Source: Minisyncoccota bacterium (GTDB lineage: Bacteria; Patescibacteriota; Minisyncoccia; Phycocordibacterales; PALSA-1337). From it: 57,701 nucleotides of DNA. A program made the translations under genes and the position numbers. Below the pieces are notes generated by a model that was not told the origin of the DNA, did not search any database, and saw nothing but the letters and a program-made list of their open reading frames with translations. The DNA is taken from contig DATDYB010000010.1 in assembly GCA_036517115.1 (NCBI GenBank), forward strand, positions 1 to 57,701, in the 5' to 3' direction. This document shows, piece after piece, positions 52,732 through 57,701 of the stretch (its first letter is position 1; every line of letters begins with the position of its first letter).

Positions 52732-53082
52732 TTACAGTGGCAAATCGAAAGCGAAGGCACCGGCGCCCGAGAGAAGGAGGGAGAGGGATAGTACAAAGAG
52801 AATAAGGTAATAGTTAACACCATCTGTTAAGAATGATCGGTGTTTGACCTTTTCGAAAAGTTCGTATCCAAAGACGAGTACCAGCACTAACGCGGCCACC
52901 TGTGTGTATAGTCCAAGGATAAGGAGGATGCCGCCCACTATATGAAGATAGCCTACAATATCTTTTCGGGAATGCTTAACCTTTTTCTTCCCAATAGTAA
53001 TGGTAACAATGCCGAGTATAAGGCGGATAAGAAAGGGTGCCATAAGGCCGAACGCTAAAAAGTCAGGGAAGGGGTTTAACAT
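52732..53082 (-). CDS. DoxX-like small membrane protein
   Basis: Four hydrophobic helices in 116 aa, ending ...SGAGAFAFD as in DoxX. Confidence 0.55.
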   Translation of the reverse strand: MLNPFPDFLAFGLMAPFLIRLILGIVTITIGKKKVKHSRKDIVGYLHIVGGILLILGLYTQVAALVLVLVFGYELFEKVKHRSFLTDGVNYYLILFVLSLSLLLSGAGAFAFDLPL

Positions 53083-53110
53083 ATGCTATAGAATAGCATA
53101 AAGTGATAGA

Positions 53111-53596
53111 ATGCGGGAAATGAACAAGAAAACTGTGTTTGTACTGTTACACAACATCCGCAGCGTGCACAACGTCGGTTCGATGTTTAGAACAGCTGAT
53201 GCTTTGGGTGTGTCAAAGATATTTCTCTCGGGCTTTACTCCAGCACCGGTAGACCGATTCGGTAACCCACGTAAAGATTTTATTAAAGTTTCGTTGGGTG
53301 CGGAAAAAACTGTGCCGTGGGAATATCATAAAACTCCAAACGCAATCATTGAGCGTTTTAAGAAAGAAAGGATACAGATTATCGCTGTTGAGCAAGACGC
53401 TCGATCGATCGATTATCGAACAGTGTCGTTCAAATCCCCGGCAGCATTTTTAGTGGGAAATGAGGTGAGAGGACTTTCAAAAAATCTTCTTAATAAGGCT
53501 GATGTGATTGCGGAAATTCCAATGAGTGGCAGAAAAGAGTCACTTAATGTATCTGTATCGTTTGCGGTTGCTGTGTTTAGGATCCTTGATCGATAG
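53111..53596 (+). CDS. SpoU/TrmH-family RNA 2'-O-methyltransferase
   Basis: NVGSMFRTADALGV, LVGNEVRGLS, and IPMSGRKESLNVSVSFAVAVF are SPOUT motifs. Confidence 0.88.
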   Translation: MREMNKKTVFVLLHNIRSVHNVGSMFRTADALGVSKIFLSGFTPAPVDRFGNPRKDFIKVSLGAEKTVPWEYHKTPNAIIERFKKERIQIIAVEQDARSIDYRTVSFKSPAAFLVGNEVRGLSKNLLNKADVIAEIPMSGRKESLNVSVSFAVAVFRILDR

Positions 53597-54283
53597 CATG
53601 CTAGCAAACCAACCGCGTATTCTTTCTATAACATAGAGCCCCACCACAACCCCGGTGATATCAAGGCACATGCCAACCCGCGAGAGGAAACCTTTGAGAA
53701 GTCCGTACTTCCTTTCTTTGATCGTCTGTGACCAGCCTTCTATGACGCAGGATGACGCCTGATAGCCATTCCTTTTTGCAAAATAATTGAGGGCGATTTC
53801 TATCTCAAATCTAGATTTGTAGTATTCTGGAACGGAGTACCATACTTCTTTCCGCATCACGCGCTGACCACTTAAGACTGGTCCGACTCTCGTAAAAAAT
53901 TTTATGATCGCAGACTTTCGCTCCATCAATCCCGCGTGCATATCGTATGTGTTTAATAACACTGGTGCCACAATCTTTTCTACGATCTCTGGAGACATTC
54001 CTGTAATATCAGCGTCGATGAATAACACAAGGTCGTTTCGCGCACTACCCACTCCTTTATTCATGGCATATCCTTTGCCTCTATTTTCGGGAAGAGTGAT
54101 GACCTTTGCTCCCGCGAGCCCAGCGAGTTTTCCTGTATTGTCCGTCGAGCCGTCATCAACGACGATGATTTCATCGACATAAGGACTCTGCTTAATTGCT
54201 TCTACCAGACCCTGTATAGTCGAAGACTCGTTTTTGGCGGGAATGATTACTGAAATTTTTTTGCGATTATTTTCTTCAACCAT
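53540..54283 (-). CDS. family 2 glycosyltransferase
   Basis: ISVIIPAKNE, VVDDGSTDNT and FIDADI motifs with a C-terminal TM. The 3' end overlaps the convergent trmH-like gene by 57 nt. Confidence 0.88.
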   Translation of the reverse strand: MVEENNRKKISVIIPAKNESSTIQGLVEAIKQSPYVDEIIVVDDGSTDNTGKLAGLAGAKVITLPENRGKGYAMNKGVGSARNDLVLFIDADITGMSPEIVEKIVAPVLLNTYDMHAGLMERKSAIIKFFTRVGPVLSGQRVMRKEVWYSVPEYYKSRFEIEIALNYFAKRNGYQASSCVIEGWSQTIKERKYGLLKGFLSRVGMCLDITGVVVGLYVIERIRGWFASMLSIKDPKHSNRKRYRYIK

Positions 54284-54813
54284 AGTCGAACAAAGATAAT
54301 GATAATAGCAAACACTAAAAAAATAATCGGTACTCGGTATGCGAGCGTCTCGAATGTATCGAGTGTCTCATGGACAGCAAGGCCGATGGTGAAAAGTAGC
54401 ACTATGTACCCTATGGTTCCAAGCACGTTTGCCGCGACATACGCTCGCCACGAGAAGCGGTGCATACCTGAAAGAATTTGGACGGCGGTGCGCGTGCCGT
54501 ACACAAACTTTGAGTAGAACACTACTTTAAAACTATGTTTCTCGAAAAATGAACGCATAGAAACCAGTATGGAGTCTTTCCGTTCAATAAAACCACTCAC
54601 AAAAGTATTTTTAGGGAGCATCCATCCGAGGCCGTACCACAGCATGTCTGAAAAAAGAGTGGCGCTCGTGGCCACGAGCGCTGTCAGAGCTACCGACATT
54701 TCACCTCGTAGTGTTAGAAATATCGCGGTGACAAGTACGACGTCGCCGCCTACGGTCATGCCGATGAATAACGAGATATATTTATGCGCAACGATCCATG
54801 TGAATATCCCCAT
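54247..54813 (-). CDS. DedA/VTT-domain membrane protein
   Basis: Polytopic membrane protein; ..LFSDMLWYGLGW.. is DedA-like. Overlaps the downstream GT2 start by 37 nt. Confidence 0.6.
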   Translation of the reverse strand: MGIFTWIVAHKYISLFIGMTVGGDVVLVTAIFLTLRGEMSVALTALVATSATLFSDMLWYGLGWMLPKNTFVSGFIERKDSILVSMRSFFEKHSFKVVFYSKFVYGTRTAVQILSGMHRFSWRAYVAANVLGTIGYIVLLFTIGLAVHETLDTFETLAYRVPIIFLVFAIIIIFVRLWLKKIIAKKFQ

Positions 54814-54864
54814 GATTTCATAGTATCGTCATGCTCTACATTTAGCAATTGAATCCGACTCAGT

Positions 54865-55710
54865 TTAATATTTGATTGCGTCGATGATGTTACCGTTCGT
54901 GTCGAGAAGTTTAATGATCTCTTTGCTGTCGTTCCATAGCTCGCGGTCGGCTCCCAGGTATATTCTCCATTCGGGAGAGAAGAAGTCAGGGTCAAAATGG
55001 TGGACATTGACACAACCATTGTAGGTTAGGACGTTTAAAAGATTAGTACGACACTCTCGCGAAAGATTGGTGGGTAAGGAGACTGGCACAGCACAGGCGG
55101 ATAGGGAACGTACGTAGGTGCTGCACGCAGCGTCCAGACGCGCTCCGCTTCGGCTCAGAGTTTCTTGGGGTGAGGGGCACGCTTGAGGGAGGGAGGGGGT
55201 GAAAAGCTGAAGGGAGCCTAAGTATGCCGAGCATTTATTAACTTTGAAAGAAATACCGATAGGTGACCGACCGGAAACAACGATCGCTTCTTCGTTTGGC
55301 GCTATAACGATATTTTCGAGCGGGGACACCTCTCCTGCGTAAGGCAATAGCGCCCCTTGTCCGATTTTTGTAGTGAGGACATTTCTTCCACTACCTAATG
55401 AGAGCCCGGTGAGGGTGAGCATTGTTGTATTGGTCGATGCTGCTTTGATGGAAATATGTTCACGTTGCTGTTCATTGTCGCGCGCTCCTTCAATCCTTGT
55501 TAAAAACAACATGTTTTTGTAGGGGGAATTTTTGGCGCCAAAAGATACTCCACCCTTCAGCTCTTCGCGGGGAGTAAAGGGGATTCCGCTGTCATGAGCG
55601 AACCTCTTCGCTCCTCCCGCCCATGCCCACAAAAGAGCAAGACCAAGAATGATCATGAAAAATTTTGTAGGAGTGAGTTCAAAACCCGCAGGTTTTTCGA
55701 TGTCAGCCAT
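54865..55710 (-). CDS. membrane-anchored Cys-containing hypothetical protein (possible lamin-tail-like beta domain)
   Basis: N-terminal TM (FFMIILGLALLWAWAGG), a beta-rich middle, and 8 Cys in the C-terminal half. Confidence 0.6.
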   Translation of the reverse strand: MADIEKPAGFELTPTKFFMIILGLALLWAWAGGAKRFAHDSGIPFTPREELKGGVSFGAKNSPYKNMLFLTRIEGARDNEQQREHISIKAASTNTTMLTLTGLSLGSGRNVLTTKIGQGALLPYAGEVSPLENIVIAPNEEAIVVSGRSPIGISFKVNKCSAYLGSLQLFTPSLPQACPSPQETLSRSGARLDAACSTYVRSLSACAVPVSLPTNLSRECRTNLLNVLTYNGCVNVHHFDPDFFSPEWRIYLGADRELWNDSKEIIKLLDTNGNIIDAIKY

Positions 55711-55800
55711 ACGCTATAGTATAGCAATAATTAATAACCAAGATACAAGCTCCAAACAACAACGAAGCTTCTTTGGTTATTGTTTCTTGATTATTGGTTA

Positions 55801-56775
55801 TTACTTCTGGTGCGTATCACAAAAATGTGCGCTACGACCACCCACGATCATCCTGCGAATAGTACCCATACAGCCTTTTTTCTCGCAGTGCTTTCCTGTT
55901 TTACGATACGCGTGGTGTTTCGTCTGAAATTTTCCGGGCTCTCCATAAGGGTTGCGGTAGTCGGACATTGAATCTCCTTGAAAATCAATGCCTTTTTTAA
56001 GTACGGTTTTTGCGGCAACAAAAAGCTTCTTCATTTCAATCTCTTTGATGTTACGTACAGGACGCAACGGGTGAATTCCCGCGATCCAAAGTGCTTCATC
56101 GGAATAAATATTACCGATACCGGCAATGAGGGACTGATCCATAAGTACTTGTTTGATTTTCCCATTCAGTCTTTTCTTTAATTGAAAATTGAAAACTGTA
56201 AATTGAAAATTCTTCTCCAGAGGTTCCGGCCCCAAGTGTGCGAGATCAGTGCTCAAGGAGAGGGTATCGGTGGGGAGGTAACACACCTTCGCAAACTTCC
56301 GCATGTCTGAGAACGCCAAATGTTTACCGTTTGATAGGGTAAACACCAATCTAATAAATCGGTTGAACGGATCCTTCAGTGGCCCATCTTCAATCGCTTC
56401 CCATTCTTCTCTTCTGTCATTTCCATGAAAACGGAAATCCAGTCTGTCTGCTCTGGATCCCCGCCGCGGGGATGACGGGGCATTTGCTCTTCCATATTTC
56501 CCATAGAGCAAATGTCCCGTCATTTTCATGTGAATAAGGACAGTGATATTGCCGGAGAGATTCACAAGCACGTTCTTTCCACGCCTCGTCACGTCTTTGA
56601 TCTTCTTTCCAGTTACCACTTTTTTAAATTCCCCAAAGTATTTGAGATTCTTGATATTACTTTTACCATTATGAAAAACACTGTTGTACCCGGACCACAC
56701 ATCACGAATAACAAGTCCTTTGATGAGCTTGTCTAATATCGTCGCTGTTGTGTGTACTTCAGGGAGTTCGGGCAT
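55801..56775 (-). CDS. mutM: formamidopyrimidine-DNA glycosylase with in-frame palindromic-element insertion
   Basis: MPELPEV N-terminus, RRGKNVL, H2TH region (MDQSLIAGIGNIYSDEALW), and a C-terminal zinc finger (CEKKGC...HFCDTHQ). The extra segment RANAPSSPRRGSRADRLDFRFHGND is encoded by 56416-56490. Confidence 0.9.
   Translation of the reverse strand: MPELPEVHTTATILDKLIKGLVIRDVWSGYNSVFHNGKSNIKNLKYFGEFKKVVTGKKIKDVTRRGKNVLVNLSGNITVLIHMKMTGHLLYGKYGRANAPSSPRRGSRADRLDFRFHGNDRREEWEAIEDGPLKDPFNRFIRLVFTLSNGKHLAFSDMRKFAKVCYLPTDTLSLSTDLAHLGPEPLEKNFQFTVFNFQLKKRLNGKIKQVLMDQSLIAGIGNIYSDEALWIAGIHPLRPVRNIKEIEMKKLFVAAKTVLKKGIDFQGDSMSDYRNPYGEPGKFQTKHHAYRKTGKHCEKKGCMGTIRRMIVGGRSAHFCDTHQK
56416..56523 (-). 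repeat. multi-hairpin palindromic element inside mutM plus flank-derived 19-bp hairpin
   Basis: Core GTCAT..TTCCATGAAAACGGAA-ATCCAG..CTGGAT-CCCCGCCGCGGGG-ATGAC (56416-56476). Arms ATGACGGGGCATTTGCTCT (56472-56490) / AGAGCAAATGTCCCGTCAT (56505-56523) match 18 of 19. The latter arm encodes the conserved MTGHLL. Confidence 0.8.
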
Positions 56776-56781
56776 GAGGAA

Positions 56782-56810
56782 AGCGTAAAGCTAAAAGCGA
56801 AAAATGTAAA
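56782..56810 (-). promoter_or_regulatory. conserved promoter cassette (TTTACA-17-TACGCT) abutting the mutM ATG
   Basis: The -35 is at 56810-56805 and the -10 at 56787-56782, with 6 nt to the ATG at 56775. Confidence 0.5.
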
Positions 56811-56825
56811 ATAGCAAAAATATTT

Positions 56826-57209
56826 TCACATTCCTACACTATTTCTTTCAAGCCATGATGCTGTTTCTTCGATCGAGACTTTTTTCGTTGCAATTTTTAA
56901 TACAAAATCAACCATCTCTCGGTTAGAGACTTTGAGTGAGTACCCGTTTAAGTATAAAAAACGTGCAGCCGAAGCAATGCCGGTGCGTTTGTTTCCGTCC
57001 ACGAAGACATGGTAATTGACGATTGCTTCAAATAAAATCGCCGCTTTTAGGAATAGTCCTTTGTATAAATCTTTACCTGCAAAACTAGACTGTGATTTGA
57101 GTGCGGCGGATTTCAGTAATCCAATATCTCTAATACCGTGAGTACCCGTAGTCGCGTCAATAATTCGAGCGTGGATTATGAGAATATCTTTTGGGTCGAG
57201 ATACTTCAT
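56826..57209 (-). CDS. doc: Doc (death-on-curing) Fic-family toxin
   Basis: The Fic motif HVFVDGNKRTG in a 127-aa protein, paired with an upstream antitoxin. Confidence 0.9.
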   Translation of the reverse strand: MKYLDPKDILIIHARIIDATTGTHGIRDIGLLKSAALKSQSSFAGKDLYKGLFLKAAILFEAIVNYHVFVDGNKRTGIASAARFLYLNGYSLKVSNREMVDFVLKIATKKVSIEETASWLERNSVGM

Positions 57210-57218
57210 CTTAATTTA

Positions 57219-57461
57219 TTATTTATCCGCGAGTTCTTCAAGGGCAGGGCGGTATTCGTTAATGAATTTGTCAGTCCAACCGAGGAGTTCTTTGTCTACA
57301 ACGGTTGACTCAGACTTCTTTATTTTCTTGATGATCTTTATCTCAAAAGGAGAAGAAATTGTTTCTATTTCATCTTCCATCCCAATCATCGCGATCTCAC
57401 GGTCTTTTTTTGTGAGCGTTACTCCCACAGAAGATCCTATTTTTATGAGTTTTTGAGCCAT
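57219..57461 (-). CDS. AbrB/SpoVT-type antitoxin (Phd-equivalent)
   Basis: KIGSSVGVTLTKK is an AbrB-type motif. 80 aa, ending 9 nt upstream of doc. Confidence 0.8.
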   Translation of the reverse strand: MAQKLIKIGSSVGVTLTKKDREIAMIGMEDEIETISSPFEIKIIKKIKKSESTVVDKELLGWTDKFINEYRPALEELADK

Positions 57462-57514
57462 ATTTTTGTTATTTATTATAATACTATTATAATGTTTTAA
57501 AGGTTTCGCACAAC

Positions 57515-57544
57515 TTGACTTTTATATATAAACCATGGTATAAT
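57515..57544 (+). promoter_or_regulatory. strong sigma70-like promoter with extended -10
   Basis: TTGACT 57515-57520, 18-nt spacer ending TGG, TATAAT 57539-57544. Confidence 0.65.
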
Positions 57545-57550
57545 AGTAAC

Positions 57551-57648
57551 CAGTAAAGTACCCTACACGGAGCCCCGAATCCGAACACCTGAGTTAAACT
57601 AATAATTTCTTTTTCATCATACCACGCACCCGTGGTTTGTTTTGTTTC
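57551..57648 (+). ncRNA. candidate ~95-nt sRNA or terminated leader
   Basis: The promoter above, then an intrinsic terminator ACCACG-CACC-CGTGGT (57621-57636) followed by TTGTTTTGTTT. It contains ACCAGT..GAATCCGAACACCTG, which is shared in inverted orientation with 90-205. Confidence 0.3.
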
Positions 57649-57701
57649 TGGAGCTCACGTGCGAATGCCTCACGAGGAGTTTTGAAGCGGAGACACTCCA
57701 T

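Noticed and set aside
1-57701. The 15-nt perfect inverted match CAGGTGTTCGGATTC (89-103) / GAATCCGAACACCTG (57578-57592) near both window ends as terminal inverted repeats of a transposon, or as evidence of a special contig topology
   Set aside because: A single 15-mer inverted match is within chance expectation for a 58-kb window. The content between is core chromosome (oriC, polA, pnp). It is treated only as a possible small repeat family (see the finding at 57545).
57594-57701. Minus-strand ORF starting at the window edge (MECLRFKTPREAFARELQKQNKPRVRGMMKKKLLV)
   Set aside because: It is only 35 codons, has no RBS visible (cut by the window edge), and overlaps the terminator hairpin of the plus-strand candidate RNA. 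It cannot be evaluated from this window.

Overview
This window looks like a chromosomal segment of a small-genome, CPR/Patescibacteria-like bacterium that uses the standard genetic code; that assignment is an inference from gene content and domain-reduced proteins. It spans the replication-origin neighbourhood (yidC-rnpA-rpmH on the minus strand, dnaA-dnaN-DUF721 on the plus strand, near-consensus DnaA boxes). Housekeeping genes recognisable by eye include rpsO, pnp, comM/yifB, pcrA/uvrD, rsmA, PBP1A, tyrS, ruvC, yebC, ruvB, pilB/gspE, tsaE, polA, holA, mutM and xth. There is one tRNA-Lys(UUU), two type II toxin-antitoxin pairs (PIN/AbrB and Doc/AbrB) and a 12-gene co-directional type-IV-secretion-like operon (19995-32190) with VirB4, VirB6/TrbL-like, PrgI/VirB3-like and T4SS-pilin-like genes.

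The most unusual content is non-coding:
- Three type III hammerhead ribozymes lie on the plus strand in gene-gene spacers of the left-end accessory cluster (991-1050, 3952-4033, 4668-4718). Each sits directly after a stable hairpin.
- A multi-hairpin palindromic element is present once in a spacer (11411-11481) and once in frame inside mutM (56416-56490). The mutM copy is joined to an inverted copy of the adjacent coding sequence.
- A family of about 175-nt nested-hairpin elements has four copies whose stems co-vary.
- A second family of about 80-nt units occurs in two tandem pairs.
- Several promoter/terminator-bounded candidate ncRNAs are present, including a possible RNase P RNA and a 6S-like RNA.
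- A conserved promoter cassette sits where it would give leaderless mRNAs.

Other points of note are a 23-unit heptapeptide-repeat protein, a pyrC/pyrD-like pair next to a tRNA-Lys with a duplicated 3' end, and a C9 tract in front of a small ORF. No rRNA and no CRISPR array were seen. All calls come from reading the sequence and ORF translations by eye; no searches were run.
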